From assembly GCA_964559275.1 (NCBI GenBank), contig CAZLGC010000003.1, positions 1 through 44,637 of the forward strand: DNA of 44,637 nucleotides, in the 5' to 3' direction. Below are positions 27,308 through 36,179 of the stretch, in pieces. A program made the translations under genes and the position numbers. The notes under the pieces were generated by a model. That model was not told the origin of the DNA. It did not search any database and saw only the letters and a list, made by a program, of their open reading frames with translations. The DNA is from an uncultured Candidatus Saccharibacteria bacterium. GTDB taxonomy: Bacteria; Patescibacteriota; CALEFQ01. Within the stretch, counting starts at the first letter, position 1. Each line of letters begins with the position of its first letter.

Positions 27308-27985
27308 ATGCCTAGAGGCAAGCGTTATCAGGAGGAAAAGAAACAGGTAGCCGGCAAGAATTTTTCGCCGGCAGAAGCGGTGACGCTTCTCAAAAAGATT
27401 TCCAAGGTCAAGTTTGATCCCTCAGTTGAGCTTCATATTCGCCTCAACGTTGATCCAGGTCAGGGTTCACAAATGGTCCGGGGCACAGTTGTGCTTCCGG
27501 CCGGAACCGGCAAGGAAAAACGAGTGGCGGTTTTTTGTACCCCAGCCAAGGAAGCCGAGGCTAAGGAAGCCGGAGCTGATATTATCGGCGGTGAAGAGCT
27601 GGTGAAGGAAATTAAGCAAAAGAAAAAGATCGAATTTGATGTAGCGGTGGCGGAACCGGCTATGATGAAAGTTATCAGTCAAATTGCCCCGATCCTCGGT
27701 CCTAAAGGACTGATGCCAAACCCGAAAACAGAAACGGTAACTCCCAATATTGGCAAAGCCGTCAAGGAGCTGAAAGGCGGTAAAATCGATTTCAGAATGG
27801 ACAACGGCGCCAATATTCATCAGGTTCTGGGGAAACTGTCATTCCCGGAAAAGGACATCGTTGCCAATATAGAGGCTTTCACTGAAGCTGTGAAAAAAGC
27901 CAAGCCGGAAAAGCTCAAGGGTGAGCTGATCAAGAAAATCGTGCTGACGTCAGCGATGGGCCCGGCGGTTAGACTTAAGCTGTAG
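27308..27985 (+). CDS. rplA: 50S ribosomal protein L1
   Basis: Family hallmarks are present (FDPSVELHIRLNVDP, GTVVLP, LGPKGLMPNPKTETVT). Confidence 0.95.
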   Translation: MPRGKRYQEEKKQVAGKNFSPAEAVTLLKKISKVKFDPSVELHIRLNVDPGQGSQMVRGTVVLPAGTGKEKRVAVFCTPAKEAEAKEAGADIIGGEELVKEIKQKKKIEFDVAVAEPAMMKVISQIAPILGPKGLMPNPKTETVTPNIGKAVKELKGGKIDFRMDNGANIHQVLGKLSFPEKDIVANIEAFTEAVKKAKPEKLKGELIKKIVLTSAMGPAVRLKL

Positions 27986-28001
27986 AATTAAATAAACTGT
28001 C

Positions 28002-28622
28002 ATGATTCTTTCCGACCGCGATATCAAGAAATATATCAAAGAGGGCAAACTTAGTTTTGACCCGATGCCTGATCTGGAGACTCAATTGTCTGGGGCTTCG
28101 CTTGATATGACGCTGTCAAACGAATTTCGGGTTTTTCAACACACCTCTATTCCTTATATTGATGTTTCCCGTCCCAAAACATTCAAGGGGCTAACCAAAA
28201 AAGTTGTAGTTGAAGACGGTTGTCCGTTTGTGCTACACCCCAATGAGTTTGTCTTGGGTATCATGCGGGAATCAATTAAGCTTCCGAAAAATCTATCGGT
28301 CAGGATTGACGGCAAAAGTAGCTTGGGAAGAATTGGCATCGTGGTTCATTCAACGGCCGGTCATGTCAATCCCGGGCACGAGGGAGCTCTGACTTTGGAA
28401 ATCTCCAACATCGGGATGATGCCGGTAGCACTCTATCCGGGTATGAATATATGCCAGTTAGTTTTCCAGCAACTGAGTTCGCCTGCACAAGTGGGTTATA
28501 CCGAGCGTAAAACGTCTAAGTATGCTCACCAGAAATCGCCCGGTGAGAGTAAGATTTTTACTGAGCCGACGGCAAAAGAGTCCAAACAAGAATGTTTCAA
28601 TCTCAAAAACCCCAAAAAATAA
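28002..28622 (+). CDS. dcd: dCTP deaminase (possibly dUMP-forming; not decidable here)
   Basis: The protein aligns along its length with Dcd by eye (MILSDRDIKKYI, IDGKSSLGRIGIVVH, VNPGHEGALTLEISN). Confidence 0.9.
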   Translation: MILSDRDIKKYIKEGKLSFDPMPDLETQLSGASLDMTLSNEFRVFQHTSIPYIDVSRPKTFKGLTKKVVVEDGCPFVLHPNEFVLGIMRESIKLPKNLSVRIDGKSSLGRIGIVVHSTAGHVNPGHEGALTLEISNIGMMPVALYPGMNICQLVFQQLSSPAQVGYTERKTSKYAHQKSPGESKIFTEPTAKESKQECFNLKNPKK

Positions 28623-28636
28623 AAAAATCAACATAC

Positions 28637-30310
28637 ATGGCTACCGCTTCAAACCTTCTCAAAAAAATCAACACCCTCATCGGTTCCAATAAAAAACCGG
28701 GTTGGCCGGTGGCAGTGGCGGATAGGGTAGCCTACCCGCGCAATCAGAAAGTCAGAGAGGCAAATGTCGCTGTGACTTTTTTGTGGACAATGCGGGACGC
28801 GATTTTGCCCAAGTTGGGAAAGGAAAATCTGGCAATTGCGACTAATTTCTATACCCCGGCCGGTCTGGCGGGCATGGTCAGAAATATTTTGGCGAATCCT
28901 TACATTCGCTATATTGTCTTGATTGGCGAGGAGTATTCTTCCAAGGCCAAAGATGATCAGATATCTGATCGCACCAGTGCCAATGCTCTGCGGGCCTTTT
29001 TCAAACAGGGAGTGAATAAAGACCGGGAACTTGAAGGCTTTGAGGAATCAATCCATTTCGATGAAAATATACCGGCCGCGGCGATCAATGATGTGGCCAA
29101 AAATGTCGAGCTGATAGACATCAATTCCAAAATGCCCAAAGCCGGCCTGGATGAAAAAATCAAAGAAGTTAACCGGTTGCTCCAGGAACTGCCGCGCAAA
29201 AAACCGTTGTCGCCGGAACCGCGTACGTATCCGTACGAAAAGCAGGCTAAATCTTTTCCTTACCCTGGTGGTCCTATGCTGGTTAGGGGAAACACCATTC
29301 CGCAGACCTGGCTGGAAATAATGCACACAATTTACCGCTACGGCACAGAAAACCTGATGGATGCAGGTACCGACCGGTGGGTGAAAGAAATCAACAACTT
29401 CGTGGCGGTCATACATGACCCCCAGAACCTTGATTTGTCTTTTAATCCTTTCTTAGTCCCTCTTAGTGCGGAAAAGATCGAAGCTTATCAAAAGGAAATT
29501 CTGTCACCCGAGCTGCCGGAAGGCAAGGCTTACACATATGGTAACAAGCTTCGAGCCTATCTTTATGAAAAACCGGCTTTCATTGACTATCTAAAAACCA
29601 CTGATGAACTAACTGACTTTGAGTTCGGCCAGGGAGATGATCTCGATAAAAACATCAAGAAAAAGAATGGGGTTTGCGAGATTGACCAGCTGGAGGATTT
29701 GATTGACGCGCTCCGACGTAATCGTTATTCCAAATCAGGGGTTGCCATCACTTGGCATGTTCAGGATGAGCTGATGCGTAAACACAAGAGCAGCCCTTGC
29801 TTAATCCTGATTCAGCCTATGGTTGTTAACGAAAAACTCAACTTGGCGGCCTATTTCCGTAGCCATGACATGGCGCAGGGGTGGCCCGAGAATGCCTACG
29901 GACTGGCAGCAATCCAAAAGAAGATCGCCGAGGGACTGGATGTTGACACCGGTATCCTCACTATAATTTCCAGCAGTGCCCAAATCTATAATAATTACTA
30001 CGCCCAGGTGGAAAAGGCGCTACAAAAATATCGACAGTGGGAACCGGACTTTGCTGACCCCTTCGGTTTCTATGTAATAAAAGTTGAGGATAAGAAAATT
30101 ATTGTTACTCATCACCATCCTGAAAATAAACAAGAGCTGGCCAAGTTCAGCGGAGAAAATGCTCGCCAGCTCCGTCGTGAAATAGCTTCTCAAAACCGCC
30201 TAGATATTCATCACGCTATGTACCTCGGCGAGGAATTAGCCCGGGCCGAGGCTTGCCTTAAAAACGGGCAAGAATATATTCAGGATAAAACAGCCGATGA
30301 AGAAGATTAG
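28637..30310 (+). CDS. Thymidylate synthase (ThyA)-like domain fused to an N-terminal MtrA-like domain
   Basis: The C-terminal half has SPCLILIQP (catalytic Cys as in PPCH), YFRSHDMAQGWPENAYGLAAI (compare [21 protein letters not shown]) and SSAQIYNNY (compare GDTHLYSNH). The N-terminal region (VAVTFLWT..., LAGMVRNILANPYIRYIVLIGEE) resembles MtrA-family sequences as I remember them. I prefer the ATG at 28637 over the track start at 28592, which overlaps dcd. Confidence 0.7.
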   Translation: MATASNLLKKINTLIGSNKKPGWPVAVADRVAYPRNQKVREANVAVTFLWTMRDAILPKLGKENLAIATNFYTPAGLAGMVRNILANPYIRYIVLIGEEYSSKAKDDQISDRTSANALRAFFKQGVNKDRELEGFEESIHFDENIPAAAINDVAKNVELIDINSKMPKAGLDEKIKEVNRLLQELPRKKPLSPEPRTYPYEKQAKSFPYPGGPMLVRGNTIPQTWLEIMHTIYRYGTENLMDAGTDRWVKEINNFVAVIHDPQNLDLSFNPFLVPLSAEKIEAYQKEILSPELPEGKAYTYGNKLRAYLYEKPAFIDYLKTTDELTDFEFGQGDDLDKNIKKKNGVCEIDQLEDLIDALRRNRYSKSGVAITWHVQDELMRKHKSSPCLILIQPMVVNEKLNLAAYFRSHDMAQGWPENAYGLAAIQKKIAEGLDVDTGILTIISSSAQIYNNYYAQVEKALQKYRQWEPDFADPFGFYVIKVEDKKIIVTHHHPENKQELAKFSGENARQLRREIASQNRLDIHHAMYLGEELARAEACLKNGQEYIQDKTADEED

Positions 30311-30734
30311 AGTTCACATTTCTGGTCCGGTTTCCTGCCTCACCAAAAGTGAGCGACAAAAGTATTACAAGTTTTACGAGGAGATAGCCAAGGCTTGCCG
30401 ACAGAAAGGTTGGCATTCATTCCTTCCGCATCGGGTGATTGACCCGGCTCTGTATCCGGAGCTTACCCCGCGGGAAGTCTACGAAACGGAGTCGAGAGAT
30501 ATCAAAAAAGCTGACATCGTTATTGCCTATGTCGGTCAGCCGGCCCTAGGGGTTGGCACCGAGCTCGAAATTGCCCGGGCCAACAATGCTATTGCCATTC
30601 TCTTGTATGAAAAAGATGCCGCGGTTTCTAAAATTGCGCTTGGGAACAAGGCGGTGGTCCACGAAATAGTTTTCACCGATTTTGAAGAGGCGCTGCAAAA
30701 ACTACGTGCCGCTCTGGACAAAATTGATATTTAA
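30297..30734 (+). CDS. Nucleoside 2-deoxyribosyltransferase-like (NDT/DNPH1-fold) protein
   Basis: 145 aa. It begins IRVHISGP, and GVGTELEIARA matches the G(T/S)xxExGxA motif of the NDT superfamily. It overlaps the upstream gene by 14 nt. Confidence 0.5.
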   Translation: MKKIRVHISGPVSCLTKSERQKYYKFYEEIAKACRQKGWHSFLPHRVIDPALYPELTPREVYETESRDIKKADIVIAYVGQPALGVGTELEIARANNAIAILLYEKDAAVSKIALGNKAVVHEIVFTDFEEALQKLRAALDKIDI

Positions 30735-30756
30735 CACCGGGAATCAAAACAAACAT

Positions 30757-32247
30757 ATGCAAACAATTATCGGCTTGGAAATTCACAGCCAGCTCAAAAC
30801 AAAGACAAAGATGTTTTGTAGTTGTGACAATGATTCGTTGGAATCTTCGCCAAACACCAACACCTGTCCGATTTGCATGGGTTATCCGGGAACCTTGCCG
30901 GTTATCAATGAACAGGCGGTGCGCTGGGCGATTTTGACCGGGCTAGCGCTTGATTGCAAAATTGCCAAGTTCTCCAAATTTGATCGTAAAAACTATTTCT
31001 ACCCGGATCTTCCCAAAGGCTATCAGATATCGCAATACGACAAACCGATTTGCGAGGGCGGCAAAGTGGAAATTTCTGACCCGGAAGGAAAAAAAGATAT
31101 CAAGATCAGACTGCGTCGCATTCACCTTGAGGATGACGCGGGCAAGCTGACTCATCCGCCGAAAGTCAATTACAGTCTGGTGGACTACAATCGAGCCGGC
31201 ACCCCCTTGATTGAGATGGTGACCGAGCCCGATCTGAAATCACCGGCTGAAGCCAAGCTGTTTTTACAGGAAATGCAAAAGGTTTTGCGCGGTCTGGGTG
31301 TTTCTGACGCGGATATGGAAAAGGGGCAGATGCGTTGTGATGCCAATATCAGTGTTCGCGATGGTGACAGAACTACCGCGATCGTGGAAATTAAGAATAT
31401 GAACTCATTTCGGGCGGTGGAAAGAGCTCTGGCTTTCGAGCAGAAACGTCTACAGGATTTGATGTCCGAGGGACGCGAAGCGGAAACCAAGAAAGAAACT
31501 CGTGGTTGGGATGATATAAAGGGCGTAACTCAGCCCCAGCGTTCCAAGGAAGAAGCGCATGATTACAGGTATTTCCCGGAACCTGATTTGCCGCCGATGG
31601 AAATCGAAGAAGCCATGGTTGAGGAAATCAAAACAGAACTTCCGGAAATGCCGCGGGACCGGGAAAAGAGATTTGTTAAACAAATGGGTGTTAAACCAGA
31701 GGATGCCAGGGTGCTTGCCGGAGAGCCCCATTTATCTGAGTTTTTCGAGAATACAGTCTCCGAGCTTAAAGCCTGGGCGGAATCCAGCGGCGATGTCAAA
31801 CCGGGTGACGTTGACAAGGACACCTCAGCTTTCTCGCAGGCGGCAGCAAATTGGATTCTGAGCGAGCTGATGAAATATGTTAAGCGAGACGGCGTTTCCT
31901 TTACCGAACTGAAGATAACCCCCGAGAATATGGCTGAGTTTATAAATATCGTTCATAGGGGTGAAATAAACAGTTCGGCAGCCCAAGAAGTCCTGGCTGA
32001 AATGTACAAAACCGGCAAGGACCCCTCGCAAATTGTGGAAGACAGGAACCTTAAGCAGGTCGGCGACGAATCAGAAATGATCAAGGTTGTTGAAAAAGTC
32101 ATTGCTGCTAATCCAGGCCCAGCCCAGGATTACCAGAACGGCAAGGAAAACGCCCTTCAGTTCCTGATGGGACAGGTTATGAAAGAAACCCAGGGCAGAG
32201 CGGATCCCAAAAAGGCCCAAGAAATCCTTAAAGATAAACTTAGCTAA
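30757..32247 (+). CDS. gatB: Asp-tRNA(Asn)/Glu-tRNA(Gln) amidotransferase subunit B
   Basis: IIGLEIHSQL, CPICMGYPGTLPV, NYFYPDLPKGYQISQ and a C-terminal GatB/YqeY domain are present. I place the start at the ATG at 30757. Confidence 0.95.
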   Translation: MQTIIGLEIHSQLKTKTKMFCSCDNDSLESSPNTNTCPICMGYPGTLPVINEQAVRWAILTGLALDCKIAKFSKFDRKNYFYPDLPKGYQISQYDKPICEGGKVEISDPEGKKDIKIRLRRIHLEDDAGKLTHPPKVNYSLVDYNRAGTPLIEMVTEPDLKSPAEAKLFLQEMQKVLRGLGVSDADMEKGQMRCDANISVRDGDRTTAIVEIKNMNSFRAVERALAFEQKRLQDLMSEGREAETKKETRGWDDIKGVTQPQRSKEEAHDYRYFPEPDLPPMEIEEAMVEEIKTELPEMPRDREKRFVKQMGVKPEDARVLAGEPHLSEFFENTVSELKAWAESSGDVKPGDVDKDTSAFSQAAANWILSELMKYVKRDGVSFTELKITPENMAEFINIVHRGEINSSAAQEVLAEMYKTGKDPSQIVEDRNLKQVGDESEMIKVVEKVIAANPGPAQDYQNGKENALQFLMGQVMKETQGRADPKKAQEILKDKLS

Positions 32248-32690
32248 TGAAGACACTCGCTAAGGAGATTAAGTTCAAAACGAAGAAGAAGTACGATTTC
32301 CGGGACATCACCGAAAAGATAGAAGAGATGGTAGCAGCATCAAAGGTCAAAAATGGTATTGTTAATGTTCAATCACTGCATACTTCCTCAGCTGTGTATG
32401 TTAACGAAAATGAGCCCCTGTTACTCAAGGATCTGCAGGAGAACTGGCGCACGCTTTTTTCACCGACCCAGCGCTATCACCACGACAATATGCACATTCG
32501 CACCGTCAATGTTTGCAAAGATGAATGCAAGAACGGCCATTCGCACTGCAACGCGGTTGTTCTGGGAACCAGCGTCTCGTTGAATATCGTCAAAGGTAAA
32601 ATCAAACTTGGTAAGTGGCAGCGAATGTTCTTTGTGGAGTTAGACCGCTCGCGTGACCGCGGAGTCTCGGTCATGATAGTAGGGGAGTGA
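32247..32690 (+). CDS. YjbQ/UPF0047 family protein (secondary thiamine-phosphate synthase-like)
   Basis: Motifs VQSLHTSSAVYVNENEP and NGHSHC are present, and the length is typical of the family. Confidence 0.75.
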   Translation: MKTLAKEIKFKTKKKYDFRDITEKIEEMVAASKVKNGIVNVQSLHTSSAVYVNENEPLLLKDLQENWRTLFSPTQRYHHDNMHIRTVNVCKDECKNGHSHCNAVVLGTSVSLNIVKGKIKLGKWQRMFFVELDRSRDRGVSVMIVGE

Positions 32691-32704
32691 CCAGTATAAA
32701 AAAT

Positions 32705-33223
32705 ATGAATCTAAAACAATACATCCGCGAAATCCCGGATTTTCCTAAACGCGGGATAAATTTTTACGATATCACCACTTTGCTTCAGGATCCGGAAGCA
32801 ATGAGTTATGCGCTGGATAGATTGGCTAAGCTTCATTCACCTGAGGGGGTCGATGTCGTTGTCGGCACCGAGTCGCGTGGGTTTATTTTTGGAACACCGG
32901 TAGCCAGGCAGCTACGGGCAGGGTTCGTACCAGTTCGTAAAAAAGGTAAACTGCCCTCAAAAACAACCGCGGCCAGCTACGAAAAAGAATACGGTCCGGA
33001 TGTCATAGAAATCCACGAAGATGCTATTAAGCCTGGCCAAAAAGTCTTGATCGTAGATGATCTACTGGCGACCGGTGGTACGATTGAAGCCACCAAAAAA
33101 TTGGTTGAAAAACTAGGCGGGGAAATTGTCGGTTTTGCTTTCGTAATTGAATTAACTGAACTAGCTGGTCGGGCAAAACTCGAAGGTTACCGGGTTGATT
33201 CTTTGATGAAATATGACAGCTGA
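32705..33223 (+). CDS. apt: Adenine phosphoribosyltransferase
   Basis: MNLKQYIREIPDFPKRGINFYDIT aligns with Apt N-termini. The PRPP loop is VLIVDDLLATGGT. An alternative GTG start at 32687 overlaps the upstream stop as GTGA. Confidence 0.9.
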   Translation: MNLKQYIREIPDFPKRGINFYDITTLLQDPEAMSYALDRLAKLHSPEGVDVVVGTESRGFIFGTPVARQLRAGFVPVRKKGKLPSKTTAASYEKEYGPDVIEIHEDAIKPGQKVLIVDDLLATGGTIEATKKLVEKLGGEIVGFAFVIELTELAGRAKLEGYRVDSLMKYDS

Positions 33224-33225
33224 TT

Positions 33226-34017
33226 ATGAATGCCAAAGCTACAATCGGTATTATCGGAGGTTCCGGTATACATGAGATCCTCAGTGATTCAGAAGTAATA
33301 ACTGTCAAAAATCCCTACGGAAAAACCAGTAGTCCGGTCAGGATTGGAAAAATCGGCGGCAAGTCCGTCGTTTTTATTTCTCGACACGGAAAAGATCATT
33401 CGATCCCGCCGCATCTGGTGAACTACCGAGCTAATGTTTACGCGCTGCACAAACTCGGAGTTACCAACCTAATTGCTTCCGGGGCGGTAGGTAGCCTGCG
33501 TCGGAAAATGAAACCGGGAGACATTGTTATAACTGATCAATTTATAGATAGGACCAAGGGAAGACAGGATACCTACATACAAGGTCCGGCAGTTGAGCAC
33601 CTGGCAGCGGCCGATCTCTACTGCGACCGGCTGCGAGAACTTGCTATCCAAACTTGCCGAAAGCTTGGTTATACCTGCCATCAAAGCGGAACTGTCGTGG
33701 TCATTAATGGCCCACGGTTTTCTTCCCGGGCGGAGAGTGAGTGGTTCAAAAAGATGGGCTGGGATATTCTCAGTATGACTCAGTACCCGGAAAATGTCCT
33801 GGCTGCGGAACTGGGGATGTGTTATTGCAATATCGGTTTAGTGACCGATTATGATGCCGGCCTGGAAGGTGAGCCGGGCGTGAAACCAGTCACCTGGGAG
33901 CAGATAAAGAAAATTCTAGAAAGCAACGCGGGCAAATTCAAAGAAATCGTGGCAACCCTGGTTAAAAAACTACCGGAAACAAAAAGCACACCTTGTCCGG
34001 CGTGCTCTCGGGACTAG
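33226..34017 (+). CDS. mtnP: S-methyl-5'-thioadenosine phosphorylase
   Basis: The pattern GIIGGSG, FISRHGKDHSIPPHLVNYRANVYAL, SMTQYPE is typical of MTAP. Confidence 0.85.
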   Translation: MNAKATIGIIGGSGIHEILSDSEVITVKNPYGKTSSPVRIGKIGGKSVVFISRHGKDHSIPPHLVNYRANVYALHKLGVTNLIASGAVGSLRRKMKPGDIVITDQFIDRTKGRQDTYIQGPAVEHLAAADLYCDRLRELAIQTCRKLGYTCHQSGTVVVINGPRFSSRAESEWFKKMGWDILSMTQYPENVLAAELGMCYCNIGLVTDYDAGLEGEPGVKPVTWEQIKKILESNAGKFKEIVATLVKKLPETKSTPCPACSRD

Positions 34018-34018
34018 C

Positions 34019-34933
34019 TTATCTTTGTAAAAACTTTTGCAAGAGTCCACTAGCTTCGGGCACAGCCTGTGCCGGATCCAGCCAGTGGATTTTTTTATTA
34101 CGACGAAACCAGGTAAGCTGTCGTTTGGCAAACTGGTGGGAGGCATATTTCAGCTGCTGGATTCCGTCTGCCTCAGCCAGGTCACCGGTGACAATTTTGG
34201 TAAGGTAACGGTATTCCAGACCGATGCTAAGTAGCCAATCAGCGGAGACACCGCTGTCAATCAATCCCGATACCTCCTTCTTAAGGCCAGCGGCCATCAT
34301 TTTGTCTACGGTTTGGTCAATTCGCTGATAGAGTTCAGCTCGGGGCCAGTCCAGGGCGAGATAAACAACATCGTAGGGTGGCTTGGTCTTCTTTCTCTGA
34401 TCAGAAAAACGGCGACCAGTTTTCTGGCAGACTTCGATAGCTCGGATGAGACGACGCTTATTTTTACGATCAACCCGAGTGGCGAAAAGCGGATCTAGCT
34501 CCTTAATCTCTGAGTAAAGTTGCTCCAATGACTTCTTTTCCAATTCTGATCGCAGTTTCGAGTCCGGGGAGACAGCCGGAATCTCGTATCCCTGGGTCAG
34601 AGCGTCAATATAGAGACCGGTGCCGCCGACTAAAAACGGAAGGTTGCCGCTACGGTGCACGACAGCGATTGCTTTAGTAGCGATTTTTTTGTATTTACCA
34701 ACAGAAAAATCATCGCCCGGCTCACAGATATCTACTAAATGATGGGGGACAGTCTTTTGCTCAGCCGGTGTTGGCTTGGCAGTCCCAATATCTAATTGCT
34801 TGTAAACCTGGCGGGAATCAGCAATCACAATTTCACCGTTGAACTTCGGAGCCAATTTCATAGCCAAGCCAGACTTCCCGCTGGAAGTAGGTCCGCAGAT
34901 TACGACCAGTTTTTTGGGATCAGGGATTTCCAT
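34019..34933 (-). CDS. miaA: tRNA dimethylallyltransferase
   Basis: The P-loop is ICGPTSSGKS. DSRQVYKQLDIGTAKP and FAKRQLTWFR are also present. Confidence 0.9.
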   Translation of the reverse strand: MEIPDPKKLVVICGPTSSGKSGLAMKLAPKFNGEIVIADSRQVYKQLDIGTAKPTPAEQKTVPHHLVDICEPGDDFSVGKYKKIATKAIAVVHRSGNLPFLVGGTGLYIDALTQGYEIPAVSPDSKLRSELEKKSLEQLYSEIKELDPLFATRVDRKNKRRLIRAIEVCQKTGRRFSDQRKKTKPPYDVVYLALDWPRAELYQRIDQTVDKMMAAGLKKEVSGLIDSGVSADWLLSIGLEYRYLTKIVTGDLAEADGIQQLKYASHQFAKRQLTWFRRNKKIHWLDPAQAVPEASGLLQKFLQR

Positions 34934-36176
34934 AAAGTCCCCAGGCTAGCGCCCGGGTTATTTTTACTGGGACAATATTATTCTTTAAGTCTTGGTCACT
35001 GGCAAACTTAACTGTCTTGAAATATTCATTCTTTCCGTAGTTTTCATACCCAGCTCCTTTCTGACGGCTGGTTTCAACCAGGACATTAGTAGTTTTGCCA
35101 ACCAGTTTTTTATTTCTTTGCAAAGCCGTCTTATTTACTATCTCGGTCAGGATTTTTTCACGTTCTTTCTTGGTAGCTGGGGAAATGTCGTCTTTGATTT
35201 TAGCGGCAGCAGTGCCAGGCCGAGGGGAAAAACGAGCGATATAGGCGAGATCGTATTTCACCTCTTCACAAATACTGACGGTCTCGTGAAAATCATCTTC
35301 GTTTTCACCTGGATAGCCAACGATGATGTCGGTTGTGATTGCGGCCGCGGGTATTTGGCGGCGGATTTCCTTGATTATCTCCAAATATCGCTGGCGGTCA
35401 TATTTACGGTTCATCATTTTCAGGATTCGGTCACTGCCAGATTGGATGGGCAGGTGAAAATAAGGGCAGAGCTTGTCATACGTAGCGACCAATTTGATTA
35501 TAGAGAAATCCAGATCCTTAGGATGGGAGGTGACAAAAAACATCCTATAGTCACCAGCCAGTTTGGCGATCTGTTCTAATAAGTCAGGAAAACTAGTTTG
35601 TTGGTATTCATAGCTGTTCACGTTTTGACCCAGTAAAGTTATCTGCAGACAACCGCCTGCTATTAATCCTTTGATTTCCTCTATAATTTCTTGAGGCGGA
35701 CGTGATTGCTCTTCACCGCGCACGTGCGGGACAATGCAATACGAGCAGAAATTGTTGCAGCCGGTCATGATCGGGACATAGGCCTGGGCGGGAGAGGTGA
35801 GGGTAGGCTTGATGTGGAAATAATTATTATCTAAAGTCGGCGTCTCCTGTCCGAGTTTGTTTGGTAGATCAGCAATGTCGTGAATGTCGATGAACAAATC
35901 AACTTCAGGATGGGCGGGGATAAACTGCTGCTGGTTTTTGAGGCAACCGGTAACAACAATTTTTTGGTCGCGCTTTTTGGCTTCTCTGATTTGTCCCACT
36001 GCCCGGTCTTCGGCCATCTGGCGGACCGAACAGGTGTTAAACACGACCAAATCAGCCTCCTTAAGGGGGGCTGATTCGTATCCAGCTGCCAGCATGACAG
36101 TTGCAATTCGCTCGGAATCCGACTTGTTCATCTGGCAGCCGAAAGTTTTGAGATGGTAAGTAGTGGGTTTAGGCAC
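34920..36176 (-). CDS. miaB: tRNA-2-methylthio-N6-dimethylallyladenosine synthase (radical SAM methylthiotransferase)
   Basis: TFGCQMNKSDSE, NTCSVR, the radical-SAM motif GCNNFCSYCIVP and a C-terminal TRAM-like region are present. The gene overlaps miaA by 14 nt and has an apparent GTG start. Confidence 0.85.
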   Translation of the reverse strand: MPKPTTYHLKTFGCQMNKSDSERIATVMLAAGYESAPLKEADLVVFNTCSVRQMAEDRAVGQIREAKKRDQKIVVTGCLKNQQQFIPAHPEVDLFIDIHDIADLPNKLGQETPTLDNNYFHIKPTLTSPAQAYVPIMTGCNNFCSYCIVPHVRGEEQSRPPQEIIEEIKGLIAGGCLQITLLGQNVNSYEYQQTSFPDLLEQIAKLAGDYRMFFVTSHPKDLDFSIIKLVATYDKLCPYFHLPIQSGSDRILKMMNRKYDRQRYLEIIKEIRRQIPAAAITTDIIVGYPGENEDDFHETVSICEEVKYDLAYIARFSPRPGTAAAKIKDDISPATKKEREKILTEIVNKTALQRNKKLVGKTTNVLVETSRQKGAGYENYGKNEYFKTVKFASDQDLKNNIVPVKITRALAWGLYGNP

Positions 36177-36179
36177 GGG

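Noticed and set aside
28002-28622. dCTP deaminase as an anti-phage nucleotide-depletion defence gene
   Set aside because: It is a short canonical Dcd (206 aa) that aligns end to end with housekeeping Dcd. It lacks the extra domains of the defence-type enzymes. It sits beside a thymidylate-synthase-like gene, which is consistent with dTMP synthesis.
28592-28636. Upstream extension of the ThyA-like ORF overlapping the end of dcd
   Set aside because: The extension encodes only Lys/Gln-rich filler. The ATG at 28637 gives a non-overlapping gene.
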